DNA of 64,000 nucleotides from the human T2T-CHM13v2.0 reference genome, Homo sapiens: NCBI RefSeq assembly GCF_009914755.1, contig NC_060925.1; one strand, given 5' to 3'. Both the position numbers and the translations under genes were made by a program. This document shows positions 32,507-50,800 of this stretch, piece after piece (positions within the stretch are counted from its first letter, which is position 1; each line of letters starts with the position of its first letter). The notes below the pieces were generated by a model. That model worked only from the letters and a program-made list of their open reading frames with translations, had not been told where the DNA came from and ran no database searches.

Positions 32507-33137
32507 TGTTGAGGTTCAGAAAGCCACGCACCAGAGACTGTCACTTTGAAACGCTAAAAGGCCTTACAAACTGCCTTAGAATCAAGGTACTTAAACCTTA
32601 TCTTGTTCCCCGACCCCTCCCTCCCACCCCCACCATTCCCCCTAACACTCCTCCCACCACTGTAAGGAGCACAGGGAGGGACTCTGGAATTTCCTTATCT
32701 GACCAAGAAAGCTTCTTTCCAAGAGAAATGCAATTGTCTTTAACCCTCTCATCAAATAACCAGTAAAGATCAACTAACAAGCAGAGAGGAGACTAGGAGT
32801 CTTCACCGCACCCAAATAGATTTTCCTTTTCTTTTTCTGAGGGTAGCACCAGGAGATTACCTGGGGGACTTTGTCTGCATAAGACAACCTTTGTTCTTAG
32901 GCAGCTCCATCCCTCACCTCCCACCTCCCGGATCCATACACCTCTCGCCTACGAATAGAGTAGTTAAGCTTCTATCAGCTGGCCCTTCTTTGAGTTCATA
33001 TTTTGTATGACTCTCGGGAATGCTTGTGCTAGTTTTAATAAATTTTGGATGCCTTTTCTCCTGTTAGTCTTCCTGAGGTTAGTTGATTTTCAGTGAACCT
33101 TCAGAGTGCAAAGAGGAAGTTTTCCTTGCCCCTTACA
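32507..33137 (+). mobile_element. MER34-family ERV1 solo LTR
   Basis: TGTTGAGGTTCAGAAA...AATAAATTTTGGATGCCTTTTCTCCTGTT...GATTTTCAGTGAACCTTCAGAG...CCTTACA; 4-bp TSD GTGG. Confidence 0.85.
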
Positions 33138-34459
33138 GTGGCAAAATTACTTCCATGTCACTTGGTAAGTGTGTGCTGGTCCAGTTCTTCTTAACCTATC
33201 ATTGTAATTTGGTCATTTTGTTAGGTTAGGCCTGATTGATTACAAGAGGGAATGAGCAGGTGGTGACCATTGTGGCCATTTGGTCTTGCTATTAAATCTC
33301 CCATTTGCAGGGTCCAGGCATTTGCTGGTCATGCTAATCGTTAAAGTCATGTTTAGCAGCATGATAATGGAAGAGAATATGACCTTTAAGAATTGGCTAC
33401 TTGTTCTCACAGTACTTCTTGTATATGATTTATAGACTTTTTCAAGTATGGTAAATAGATATGGTGGATAAAGGCTGTTTAGTATGGTTTATATTTTTGA
33501 GGGGGAAGGATATCCGTTTTTGCTTGACGTTTATCATGTGTTTACAAAGCTAGAAAGATCATTGGTATACTGTATATCCTGCTGCCCTCTGGTATTACTA
33601 GAGGTTATAAAATATCTCAGCTGTCAATTGCTTTTTTGTTTTTGTTTTTTACTTTCTATATACTATTTCTTTTTAAATTTTTATTTCTAAATTATCCAGA
33701 TCCGGAAAATCTTTGTATCCTCCGTGCCCAACACAAAGCTTTATAACTAGTTCTCAAAGAAATATTGGTCAAATAAACAGATGAAAAGATAAGTATTTTC
33801 TGTATCTTTACATACATCTCAGACATCTAGAATATAGTAAGGTAAACAACATCCTAGATTTATAATAAGAATATTTTTCCACCTTCTCATAATTCAAGGG
33901 GATGTTAAGATCTGCATGCATGTGTACACCCCCTCAGAAAAGCAATTTTTAAAAGCCCAAGTAGAGAAACCCATAATTCTACTTTAGTTTCACCATAATA
34001 GTGTTGATGTGCTTCCTTCTGAAACAATCAGTGACATTTCCTTAAAAAACACAGCATGAAGTGATTAGAATATGCATTCCATGAATGGTACTAAACCTTT
34101 TTGTGAATCAAATTCTTTCAGTTCTCAAGAGTTTCCCTCCCAGGCACAGATTCAAGAAATTTCTGTGATTGCCTTGCTTACCAGATAGTGATTCAGAAAG
34201 AACACACGCTGAAGTTTCCAAAATCTGAAAAGCTATCTGAGGGCAAAGATAATTGAGACAATTTAAGAAACTATTTTTATTTTAGTCTACAAATGATATA
34301 GCATTGCAATATTATTTTCTTCTTTCTGTCCCTCTATAGTCCTAGGATATATCTGAAAATACTGCGTCTTTGCTTAAATTAATCTTATTTGGATATTATA
34401 TATATCTGGGTAGAATTTTAGACTGAAACTGACTTAATACGTGTGTGTTTTGGTCATAT

Positions 34460-34830
34460 TCATTTATTTTATATATATTTATTGAGTTACTATGCTGTGC
34501 CAGGTACTGAACTTGAGGCTAAGAATACGATAAACAATGAATCTGACATTGTCCCTCCCCAAGTGGATCTCATAGTCAGAGAAGGGAGAAATGTAAAGAA
34601 ATAATTAAAATAAATACTAGGTGGGTCAGACATTAAGAAAGTTCTGATCAAGGCACAGTGATGGCAGAGAGAAGAAAGTGACTCATAATGAACTCTGCAT
34701 GGCATTTTCAAAAAAATCTTCAAAGACAGATGGATAAACTGATTATTTAGAATTAGTAGAGTTTGCCAAGTAAGCATGTTTATGAAGACCATTTGAGGTA
34801 GAGAACATGCAAAGATACATTATACAAACA
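34460..34830 (-). mobile_element. L2 3' fragment
   Basis: ATATTTATTGAGTTACTATGCTGTGCCAGGTACTG. Confidence 0.7.
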
Positions 34831-37706
34831 GCGTAAGTACCTGGAAATCACAGAGGAAGTGTCCTGATATCAGTTGCATTTTCCTTTAAAAATTGATATC
34901 TTATGTGGTTTCTATGTATATAAACATCTGTTCCTTTTTGGCCATTCTCTCTTAATAAACTAATACCTAAACTGAGATACATTTCATTTCTTTATTAAGC
35001 AATATAGGCAATAAATTCTCATGAAGGTATTACTAATCCCAACTCCAATTTTAAATGTCATTTATCATACAATTATATGTTGTCACTGGAATGAATAGTC
35101 AGAGTTGACATTGGGTCTCCTACCTCCATGGCTCTATATCTGGGAAATGGAGGTTAATATTCCTGTTGAGAAGCATGTTAGGTAAATGTTATATTATCTC
35201 TATATGAGAACCTCTAGATGTTATAATTCATAAATCTCTGAGAGAGAGACTATATCTAGAAGCCTCCAATATTAACAGCAATGTAGGTAACCCTCTACAT
35301 GGAGATGTTCAAGGTACCTTCCATTTCTAGGATACTATGACTGTAACAAATTCCTTTATGAACCTTCAGAGAATGATGTTTATGTCAATAACCAGTCTCA
35401 ATTATCAGAGTATCTCTGATACTCTGGGTGGTTCCATGTAATTCTCCACATGCTGCATAATAACTGCTGATCTGAGAGAAAAGTGTTCTCGTGAATGAGC
35501 TCAGCTGTTAGGTCATGTGTCTTCTTCCAATCAGAAAATAAAGTTTCTTCCCTAAAGCTGAATAGCTGGACTAAGGCAAAGTTGTGGAAAATCCTTCCTA
35601 AACAATCAAACAAATAGATAAGCAAGCACAATCCAGTAAAGCTCCTAGCCTGCCAAAATGTCATGTGTCCTTTTAAATCAATTTTTAAATAGACTCTCAA
35701 GGAAAGGAAATGCTACTGCATGTCACAACATCTGTTTAAGTGCATTTATTTCCAACAGAAGCAATAGAACAACTCCGTGTGGCCCATAGATGACTGAAAG
35801 AGACCAAATTGCTCAAAAGATGCAGTACCATAAACAGACATTTATAAAGGTTCGTCAACTCCAATGAAGTGGTTTCTGTGGACTCTGCACTTTTCCATGC
35901 CCCTCTGTATTTCCTCACTCCTGTTGAAAATAAATAAATACAAGGAGGATGCTGCTAAAATGATGGAACCTTAATGTAACCTTTTCAGCCAGAGATAAAA
36001 ACGTATTGATTGGTAACTGCTGAAGGACATCATTAAACTCTCAGTGTTTGATTTCATTTCTTCTCCTCTTATTAATTTATTTATTTATTATTGGGTTGCC
36101 CGCAGGCATCTCTGTACTGACTGACCCTGCTAGTTCAACTATTAAAGAATTTCTCTCTCTAAGGGGGCCTGATGTAAACATGATAATCTGTTTGGCGGCT
36201 CCTATGATGGCCCATGAATAAAACATATAACAACCAGGTTAGAGTTGAAATAGTTCACTATTTGTTACCAGATAGAATGTTTAGAAGCTCCTGGAAAGCC
36301 TCACCATGGTTAATCTCAGAAGTCTGGAATCTCATTCCCGGCTCAAACTAACCCACAAGGGCTGTGACTAACCATTGGCCTTATGGTCAACCATCTTACA
36401 ATAACTTATTAAACAGAAGCTAATGCTAGGGATTGGATTTGAACAATTATCCTCTAAGTATGGCAGAAAGTAAGTCTCTGCTTTTAGAAGGTATACATCA
36501 TATCCTTGAAAACAAAAGAAAATGTTCAGTAGGTGAGATCTGGAAAGTGGAAGAGTTAGAAAGTGGCCACATCTATTATATTTAATAGTGCACACACTGA
36601 ACTCAAAATGCAAAACTACCTACTTGGTTCTTTATAATACTACAAAGAAGCAATGGGATATTTTTGCCTCTGATTACCTGTTGAGACCAAGACGAATTCA
36701 TGACTCTAACAAAAGAACGGGGGTGCTAAATAATCCCTACACTGGCAAATCACAGAAGCAAAACCTGTCCCTGGTTAAGTGGATGTTGTTGGGGATAAAA
36801 TCAGACAGGAGTTATTTAATGTGACCCTTCCCACACAACAAGAGAACAATTGTTATAATTCACGTTTGTTTTCAAAAGCACAGTCATTAAAAAACTGCTT
36901 ATAACACTTTTTTCCTGAAAATCTCTCCCTTTGTACATTGGCTTTGTCTATTAATCCTCTAATTATGTTCGTGAATATATTTAATTTTTGATCTTCTATA
37001 GAAGGAGGCATAAAATGAACATTTTGTATAAAGACAGTTTTATAGTGCTACATAACAGCTATTGACTAAAGAACTTAGCTGGGAATGTCTTTCGTCTGTC
37101 AACAATTCCTCCTTATCACCTCTGACATACTTTGTACTTTTTATCTTGTTGTCATTATTCTTTATTTCAGTGAAAAAATTAGATATAATTCTGGATACTA
37201 ACACCATTTGAAAAATTAAAATATGTTTTTGCATTTCTAGTATAAAGTAGGCATAAAAAATTAAAAGAAATAAAGTAAGCAAGATTTTGAGGGTGTATCT
37301 AAGTATTTTTTTTAAATTCAGCATTCTCTAAAGAGCATTGTCAAAATATAGAGGTATAATTAATGTAAAATTATAAGTTAATGTCCAAGACATCTACTTT
37401 TAAAATATTATAAGTAATAAAATTTACATCTACTGCGTATTTATAAGATCTATGTGATTTATGCACCTCTGTTGTAAGATTTAGGTAACTTGATTTAAAT
37501 ATAATGTCTAACTCTCTCAGTGAATCATTATTGAAAAGAGTGTTGAATTTTTAAACTTTTTGAAATCATTATGAAATCTCTTTTCTAAAAATTATCTTTA
37601 AAAATCAAAGCTAAATGCTTCTAATAATATTTAGTGAGAAACTGTAGTAGCACCTAATTTATTAGCTTCACCATGGAATGAAGTATTTCATATAAGCAAG
37701 TTTTCC

Positions 37707-37993
<287 letters not shown>

Positions 37994-38102
37994 GCAAGTT
38001 TTCCTGGTTATTATAGCTTGCCCCCTTGTGTATGTTATGAAAATCAAATGTAATAAAGTATACAAAAGTGTTTTAGATGGAATATAATTTCACTTGCTTG
38101 GA

Positions 38103-38451
<349 letters not shown>

Positions 38452-38834
38452 CTAAGATTAATGATGATCAACACTAACTGTAGGATTCCCAAGTTTGTTA
38501 CAAAGATACCTTCCTCAATATCTTGCTCCTAATATTAGCACCACATTATTACATTCTTTTAGTTTTTATCTGTGGTGTTCTGTCTTCTTGCTCTAAGACT
38601 GTCCATCAATCTGGACTGTTTTATCTCTACCTTATTCTCCTCCCTGCCTTCTCTTTCTAGTTTCAGGTGGATTTGTTTATCTATTTTCCCAAATTCCAAC
38701 AGACACAAGTTGGAATTTGGGACAATAGGTAAACAAATACACCTAAATTACATCTGTAGTATAAATAGATCTGGGTGAGTATCTAGTAAGTTCCTGTAAA
38801 TTGAGGCGGATGTGCTTTTATTATAAGACTTTTA

Positions 38835-38993
38835 GCCGCCACTGAGGCACACAACTATAGTCCCAGATACTGAGGAGACTGAGGCGGGAAGATCATTTAG
38901 AGCCCAGGAGCTCAATGCTGTAGTGTGCTATGACTGCACAGCACACTGCACTCCAGCCTGGGCAATGTAGCAAGACTCCATCTCTAAAAACAA
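38835..38993 (+). mobile_element. FAM/FRAM-type Alu monomer
   Basis: Single monomer with GCTGTAGTGTGCTATGA and CAATGTAGCAAGAC (FAM-like). Confidence 0.7.
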
Positions 38994-39029
38994 AGACTAT
39001 GGGAGTATATATTTAGGCTACTAAATGTG

Positions 39030-39640
<611 letters not shown>

Positions 39641-40293
39641 GGTGTTCAGAGACTTTTTGTTTATTTCCAGAATCTTTCAAGTAGTTGAGATGGCTAATTT
39701 TGAAAATCTTTTAATAAATGGGTCACTTACTATATACTTTCTTTCAAAAAATTTACAAAATTCTTTGATGACTGATTGTAGTTCAGCTTATTTTCACGTG
39801 ATTCTCCTTCCAGAGCTTGGAGAGACTCTTCTCTAAATTCTCAATGCATTTGCTATTTCGTTATGGAGTGTGACTCTTCTGTAACCAGGCCACTTATGCT
39901 GACTTACCTTGAGGACAAATTTCCAATTCTAGACTGTATTCTGCTCTCAATCTGATTGTAGAACTCCCACTGATGGCAGTAGGAGCTGTGCTTGTATATG
40001 TAGGAAAGTACACTGCCCTCTGTGTCATTGACGGACTCCTCTGGCACGAAGCCTAGAAGTCTGAGTGTAGATGTGAGTCTCTAAGGAAACAGAGCTCCCA
40101 GCAGTGCCACGCTGGCAGTAGTGTGAATGGAGGAAGAGAAAATAGGTGAAAAGGAAGGACACGGCATCTGGACCAGCACCCTCTAACCCACCAATCAGAG
40201 GCAGTAAGGAGAGGGAGAAGGAATTACAAAAAAATTTTTTTCCAAACATTCGAAAAGACTCTGTTTCACAAAATCATCAGTGTAGCCACATAT

Positions 40294-40579
40294 TTCTTTA
40301 TTTTGAGACAGGGTCTCGCTCTGTTGCCCAGGCTGGGTGCAATGGCACGATCTTGGGTCACTGCAGCCTTAACCTCCCAGGCTCAAGAGATCCTCTCACC
40401 TCAGCCTGTAGTTAGGACTACAGGTACACGCCACCATGTCCAGCTAATTTTTGTATTTTTTGTGGAGACCAGGTTTTGCCACGTTGCCCAGGCTGGTCTC
40501 AAACTCCTGAGCTAAAGTGATCCAGCCACCTCAGCTTTCCAAAGTGCTGGGACTACAGGCTTGAGCCGTCACACCTGGC
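40294..40579 (-). mobile_element. AluJ
   Basis: GAGACAGGGTCTC, CACTGCAGCCTTAACCTCCCAGGCTCAAG. Confidence 0.92.
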
Positions 40580-40986
40580 CTCACAGATTGATTTTTAATA
40601 AGCCATATCTGTCAACATTTGCAAGGCCTGGGCAAGAGTGCAAACGGAGGCCCCAGTTCAGGACCAGCCCTAATCTCTTTCCACTCTCTGCAAAATTCTG
40701 TAGGAGAAGGGGCCTCCCAAGTATGTGCCTAACCTTCATCTCTCCCCTGTTCCTCACCCCAGACAGTCACACTGGTCAGGAGAACTGAGCCAGAGAAGAG
40801 GCCCACGCTGGCCCTAGAAGTGGGCTCCAGGCCATTTGGACAGGAAATTTTTGGAAGTGCTTGTTCTTAACCACTCACTAAACTGTACTGCCTTAGATAA
40901 TGAGGAGATTCATAAAGATTTTAAATTAAGATCCATCGGTTTTAAGGATGAGAGAGCTATGCATCTTCTAAAGCTTGTTTTTAAAT

Positions 40987-41451
<465 letters not shown>

Positions 41452-43052
41452 CCTATGTGAATATTACTGGTGTCAGTTGTGTATATGGATATGTTTGTGT
41501 GTGTACACACTGTTACTTTGGAAAGGGAATTTTAATAGTGTGTGTAAAAAGAAAAATCATGTCAGCATTAGTTAAAAAGACATAGCTTTTAGAGCTATCA
41601 TTATTTAAGATTTTTGTCTCAGATGATGTCCCAGACAACAGCCTTTCATACTGATTCCTCCTTCATATTAATCCATTATCAGTGGTGTCACAATGTCTTA
41701 TCTTAGAATTGGGCTTTCAAGTGTTGCTTTAGCAGCCTTCTGTAGCCTTCTAAAACTCTGCAGATTTCTAAGATACCTATTAGAGCCAATGGAAGACTAA
41801 ATGTCTCCCGGTGTAGAAAGAGTTTTTGATTAGATTTAAAAAGCTGTCATTTCTGAAATTTCCCTCCCTAAATCATTTTCAGCTTTCAACAAGCTCTTTC
41901 ATGTTGCTTTCTTGGATGGATGCTGCTTCCTGGTAACTTTCTAACTATTCAAGTTAACAGTGTCCTGTGGTATGGAACTGATACATATTTAGGAACATCT
42001 TTACAAGCTAAAAAAGCACTTGGCATAGAGAAATGTTACTCTGGTATCTGCTCTGCCATAATAACTATTTTTTCTTGTATTGAGAGAAATTCAGCTACAT
42101 GAGGAAGGACAATGATGCCACAGGTTGAACTGCTAAAAGCAGTTTTGAAAGCTGTCATAAAGGTTATCACTTTTCATTTAACCTAGATGAAATGTCATCC
42201 AAAGTAAGCATGTTTTCAAAAGCAACTTGGACTTGTGGGAAATGACAATTAAAAAATGTTGACATTGAACCGTGATTTCATAATGGAAAATTGACTAGTG
42301 TTTTAAGGATATATATATATTTCTAGATTGCCCTATTCTATGTTAAAAAAAATAAAATGTGAAATATTATACTGAGTATTGAACTGAACTTCCCCTTGAT
42401 AATTTATGGATTATAACTGAAACAGCAGTTTTCTTATTAGTCATGATCAAAGTGATTTGGAAATGTTTGAAAACATGTGAAAGTTGATTACACATTTTAT
42501 TGCTGGCACCACATTGACTGGCCACCCATATGATGGAGCAATTGTGACTGTGTACTAGTTCCAACTAGCCTCAGGGAAAGTGTACACTGGATTGAAACCT
42601 TTAGGAAGCATTGCTTGCCTCATTTAATCAAGTGACTTTTATAATTTTCCAGCTTTTGTCTTACTTATTTCACACAATGAGAAAGAAAAATATCTTATTT
42701 CTGGCATTTAAAGAAAGAATATCCATCATTTAAAAATTCATTTCAAGCCACACATACCTACCTTTTCATGAAATGTATCTGTTTTGTTTTTCAATGAGAC
42801 AACAGACATACTTAAGCAGAGTAATTCTATTTGATCTTAAAGTAACCAATATACCCTCATTCATACCTACCTTTTAAAATCCTACCCTTTTTTCAAGGCC
42901 CAACAAAATTCCTTCTTTTCAGGAACTCTGTATTTCTCTAGTCAGAATTATTGTCTCACTTTTCTATGGTCTAACAATAGAATTTGTGCATATTTGCTAA
43001 TATGGTTTGTGTATATTTGTAGAGTTATCCTATATATGCTACTAGAAGGTGA

Positions 43053-43386
<334 letters not shown>

Positions 43387-45059
43387 TCTTCTAGTTTTTT
43401 AAAAATTTTCCCATAGCAGTCTAACCAGTATGTTCTAATAATGGAGGTTATAATGTTTGAATCAAATCATTATAATGTCAGTAACTATGAATGAATGCTT
43501 GTGGGATGATCCACTTGTTCATTAAGATCACCAAATCATCATATTGACCTTTTCAGAAATGACCCATGTAAATAATTTTTATAAATTATCTGAGTCCTGG
43601 CAACATTTCAAAATTTAACACTTGAATGCAATTTGGATAAAATAAAATCACATTTTAAAATATGTTATATCTAATGAATCTGTCTTTAATATAAAATTTT
43701 AAGAATTTTAATAGTGTTTTTCTTGTAAAGTTTCATGTAAAGTTTACCTTTTTTGTCTTGAAACATAAACAAAACTTGGGTTCACAGACCAGTTCTAGGA
43801 CTTAGTAGTTGAATGACCTTGAGAAAGATTCTTAAAATCTTTTAGACCCAATTCTCTAATCTGAAACTATGGAAGTAATACCATGGCCTGCCTTATTGGT
43901 CCTCCTAGGAGAACTCTAATGCACGTAGAACACTTACCACTGTGCCAGGCATAGCACGCATGTTGAAATTGCCAGTGCATGGTGCTGTGGGAAGATCTCT
44001 TTCCTGACAGCCCAAACTTGCAGTCCATCAGCTAGTCAGGCATGTGCACCGGTGCGCCCCCATGTCTTTTAACCATTTGTTGCTGTTTTTATTTGCGCCC
44101 AAGCAAAAGGGGACACCAAATTGTTGCAATTAGGAGAGAAAGTAAGAACCCTCAAAGTTTGAGAGAAAATCAAAGCAAAGACTTAGTCACTAAATCTTCC
44201 ATAAGGAGGAGGAGAATGAGCAGCTGAAGTTTGATGGATTCAATTCTGAATGCAGTTTCTTAAAAGGAATTTTTGTGGTAAGAGACAATGGAAAGATACC
44301 AAGTTACAATACAAACCCAAGGGTAGGCCTCATGGAAATCAAAGAAATTGGCACTACAGGCACATTGTAGAATAAGGGAATATTTGAAAAGAGAGGGCTA
44401 TGTATTTACCATTTTGCTTGATCTACATATCAAAAGCATCTTCCACTGTATATAGAAGATCCTTGCAGGAAACTGTTTCATATGAAAAATAAAAACTAAA
44501 ATAAAATAAAAAAAGAAAGAAGAAAGTGCTGGAGGCCATATCATTTTCTCTTTTTCATCCTTTTCCCTTTCACAGATTTCAGGCCAGGTGCAAGTATCTC
44601 ATGCAAACGAATACCTTCCCAAATCAGTACAAAGGCAAAAGAAGATCCTGGGAAATAAAGGATCCACCACACTGAAACGAAATAACATAACTGAGAAGTA
44701 GAGATAATTGAGGAAAATTAGGTGGTCTCAACACAAAAGAGCATAACTTTTTTTGTTTCCATCTAATAGCCTGTTACATAATAAAAGCCTATGGTGCTGT
44801 TAGGAAAGAAGAGACTTCTGCTCAGTTAACTTTAGAAATATTTTAATTTGACAATATAGCTTCCTAAGTATTTTGAATCAGTAATACTGAAAAATTGAAA
44901 GTCAAATCTCCAATGAGCTGAAACCTAGGTGATTTACTATTTGAAAACTTATGTTATTCTACTCATGTATGAGGCCTTAATTCTAATGGACTCCACTGTG
45001 GCAAAGATTTTTTTCTTAACAAAGAGGTGTCACTGTTTTTTAAATTATAAATAAGTTAA

Positions 45060-46852
<1,793 letters not shown>

Positions 46853-47109
46853 CAACTCATTGGATTTTTAAACGGAAGATTCAGGTTCAAATCCCAACTC
46901 CTTGTGATCTAGTTGAGAGACTGGACTACTGTCTTAACTTTCCTGAGCTTCATATAGCCGGAATAAAACCACCTATTGTTTATGTCACATTGCTATGGTA
47001 AGATTCGAATAAACTAGCATAAAGGAATAACTCAGTATAGCTCCTGAAATATTTGGGATGGGGTGCAACAAAATGATAGTAATATTTTCCCTTAGAAGCA
47101 TCACCATCT

Positions 47110-47830
47110 AGAAAACTGTTCAAGTTGACCTCTGTCTCCCACGTGTCCTATTAGTTATCAAGGCCTGTCATTTCTATCTCCTAAATATCTCTCAATTATA
47201 TTTTCTTCTTTTCATCTTCCTTTGTACTGTCTAAATTAAGCCCCTCGTTACCTCAGGCCTCGACTAAAATAATGACCGTGTAATTCACCCTTACCCGAAG
47301 ACTCAACTACTGCCAACCCATTCTTTATGTTGAATTATCTTTCTAGAGGATAAATGCAATCACATTATCCTTCTGTTTAAAACTTTCGATGCCTTCCTGA
47401 TGACCATAAAACAGAATTTAATCTCCCTAAAGTGACACGCAAGGGACTTCATCACTAAGGAGTTTAACATCATCTTCTACCATTTCTCATCATATACCCT
47501 ATGTAACAAATACATTATATACTATTATTTTCTCTGAACTTCTATCTTTGCACTTGCTGTTCCCTTTTCCTTTGATGTATTTCCCACCCTCTGACTGTGA
47601 ACAACTATTCATCTTTAAGACACAGCTGAAATGTCACCTCCCATATGTAGCCTTCTCAGAGCACATAGGAAGAATTTATCATTCCTGTAGGACTTATAAT
47701 TATATCCATTATACCACACCATATTTCTTTAGTAACTTGTTTACATGTCTGTCTCTACTCTGATCTCTGAGCTCCAGTGTATAGCATAGAGCCAAACATG
47801 TGGCAGTATTTGATAAATACTTACTGAATT
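47110..47830 (+). mobile_element. L2 fragment
   Basis: TTCTATCTCCTAAATATCTCTCAA...ATTCATCTTTAAGACACAGCTGAAATGTCACCTC...ATAAATACTTACTGAAT. Confidence 0.7.
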
Positions 47831-50800
47831 AACAATTGAGAACAACAAAAAAATCGATGGTGTTATAATGGGTTAGCTCATGAATTAATAAGTCCCAAAT
47901 TTGAAAGTGGCCTTTTATTTTTATAGTGTAGTTGTAGCCTCTGTCTACGCAGGCAAGCAAAAGAAACAGAATTTGGATAATTATTTAGGGATGTCTACAA
48001 AACAAAACAACAACCTTTCTGAATCACTTATGTTGATATTACAAGCAACTGTATCTTTGGCCTAAATTTTGAAGTTTAATTTACTCTACTTGTTTAGACA
48101 TAGCATGAACACAGAGGTATTTTTGTTATTCCTGGAAAATACACATTTCAGATTGTCCATTCTTCCCTTTCCATGCTAGCACAAAGGAAAGCCAGGAATG
48201 TATATAACAGCAAAGTGGCCTTTATGTATGACTTTGCCACTACCTCTCAGAGTTCGCATTAAGCATGCTCTGTATCTTGTCTCCCCTTCTATTAAACAGT
48301 ACAGGCCTTTCTCTTCAGGATGCTGTGAATTTAATGAGAAGGTTCCGAGGTGGTCCCATTTTTTTCTTTTGTCGGGAAAATAAGAGAAAAAAGCCAAACA
48401 TCCTGGTGTGCAAAGGTTAGAGGCAGGCCTTGGTAATTAACTGCAGTTAGTGCCTAGCATAGTGCTGACAGTGAATAAATGTTCCTTGTTGGTGATGAAA
48501 TACTAAATATCAGAACCGGTGTTTCTGGTTCTGCACTGTCATAAAGCTGCTATTATTCAGCATTTATTAGGTAGCCACAGAATATGAGGCATAAACATGA
48601 CAAGGAGAAAACACACAGTCCCTCCTCTAAATTACAAAAGACAGATGCACAGGAAAGTAGGTGAACCTCGAAATTGTTTCCAAATGGCTCTTTGTAGGAG
48701 GATTCAGAGAGTAGGAAAACTAACAGGGAGGCAGGCTGGGTGGACAGGATTGAGTGTAAGAAAAATGGGAGGTGTAAGAGGAGTCAGTGTTTCCATAAGG
48801 GGAATAGGGTAGGAGGTCAGGCCAATTTCCAGAATCTTAAGAGTCAACATGAGAGATCCACTGGTGGTAATGAAGAACCCAAAGGAATAAAGAGGGAAGA
48901 GTGTTTATCTTTTGCCTCTCTATATCTTCTTGGCTAATGAGGACAGGTCTTCCAGCTTCTCTGGATGGTAGTAAGAAAAAAAAAAAAAACAGGATTCTTT
49001 TAAAGTAAGACACTCCCATACTAAATTAATAGTTCTTCCATTTACTAGCCTCGGTTTCCCTATCTTTAAAATGGAGCAATAATACCTCAAAGTGTTGAGC
49101 TGAGAATTAAAAGCCAGGAAGCCTATACCTGGTCCACACCAGTGCTTTGCACATAGTTTTAGGAAGCAAATCCAGGAGGCCCTGGAACCTTAGCCTAGTG
49201 TCTCAACCTTTGCTATACTAGGTTTCTTGCTTTTCTTGCTTTCTCCTTTTTCTATTTATCAAAGGAGTAATATTTTCTAGAAAGAGAAGATAGAGTTTAA
49301 ACAAGAAATATTTGTTAATAAATATGTAGACTGGAAGTACCTCATGCTAAAGATCTGTTTACTTCTGAATTTGGGGCCAATGGGATTTTAATTTAGTTAG
49401 TAATTTGTTTTAGCAGTCACTAAGCAGAGACCAAAAAAAATCACAGTGGGAACCTCGTAAAATGGTTCTTGGGACCCTCAAGAGCATTTCTTTCAGTCTT
49501 TTCATCAACTGAGCTGGTCTATATTGTAAGTCTTATTTATAAGGAGGCTTTCAGGCAATTTCACACTGCTTTTCTCTGATGCAGCCCCAAAAAACATGTA
49601 AACCCAAGGGATTAGTAGCGACTTAAAGGGAAAATAGTGTAAAGTTACACCATGAACCGAGGCAGCACAGCTGCCTTGATGCACTGTTCCCTTGGGCTCC
49701 TACAGTGAATGAAACTTATCTAAGTGGCCCAGTCCACTCCCACACTGCCAGATCGGCAGCCCTTTGTTACAATGTGCACAAGAATTGCTCAATCTCAGGG
49801 GGCAGCTGAGTCTGTAATGACTTGCATTGTAGAAACACAGAGGAGTTCACTATCTAGGAATGAAAACTTAAATCTCTTCTTATATTTCTTTGTTGACAGT
49901 TGCAAAGCAGGTCTGGGTAGTAAACAAACTGTTTATTCCAGCAATGTTCATTTCATAGGCGGTTCAGATACATTTATTGAGTAGGGCAGCAGCCGAAAAT
50001 GGAAATGAAACCGGAATGTCGGCTTAGGGCTATGTAGAAATCTTGAAAAAGACTGAATATTCCCCAAATGCAACCATCATGAGGCTGGCATGCTTACACT
50101 GATGATCTCATCAGACCGATAATTAATAATCGTGAATTAGGCTAATGAAATCAGATGGGGTAATGAAAGGCAGCCTTCTTCTACTTGTTAGCATTGCTGT
50201 TTTCTCCATTATTTAATCTCTAACAGAAATTGACTTTGCCGCTCGAGATCCAATTCAGCCTATTTGACTTTCAGAAAAAAAATTTTTTTTAAATTGTATC
50301 AGAGCCTTAAAGAAGGGGCAAGTATGAAAATATTAAGAATCTATACAATGACACCTGCAATGTTGGGAACATAGATCAACTCAGAACAACTGCATGCATT
50401 TCCTGCTCCTTGATAAAACTAAAGAAATTACAAGTAAAGGAAGTGATGAAAAGGAATTTTTTTCAAGGCTGGGATTTTTAAAAGGCAGAGATCCTCCATC
50501 CCCCAATGGCAGCTTCTTGAATTTTTTGACACACATAGTTTACTAAATAATTAAACTATAATACATCTTCCCTCCAAGGATAAGCACTATAGTAAGACCT
50601 AGGAAAGTAATGAGGATCAAGAATGAGCCCTTTGGCCTATAGAACAGAGCTGTGAAGACTTGACCTGGAAATGAAGCAGAGAGACTGCTTGCTCTGGTAA
50701 GAATTCACCAGCTGCCTCTATATCTTAAATCTGTAAGAGAAAGGTGGATGTGAGTCTGATGTAATTTGGTTCCTATTTGAGTCTTTACCAAAGAAAGCTT

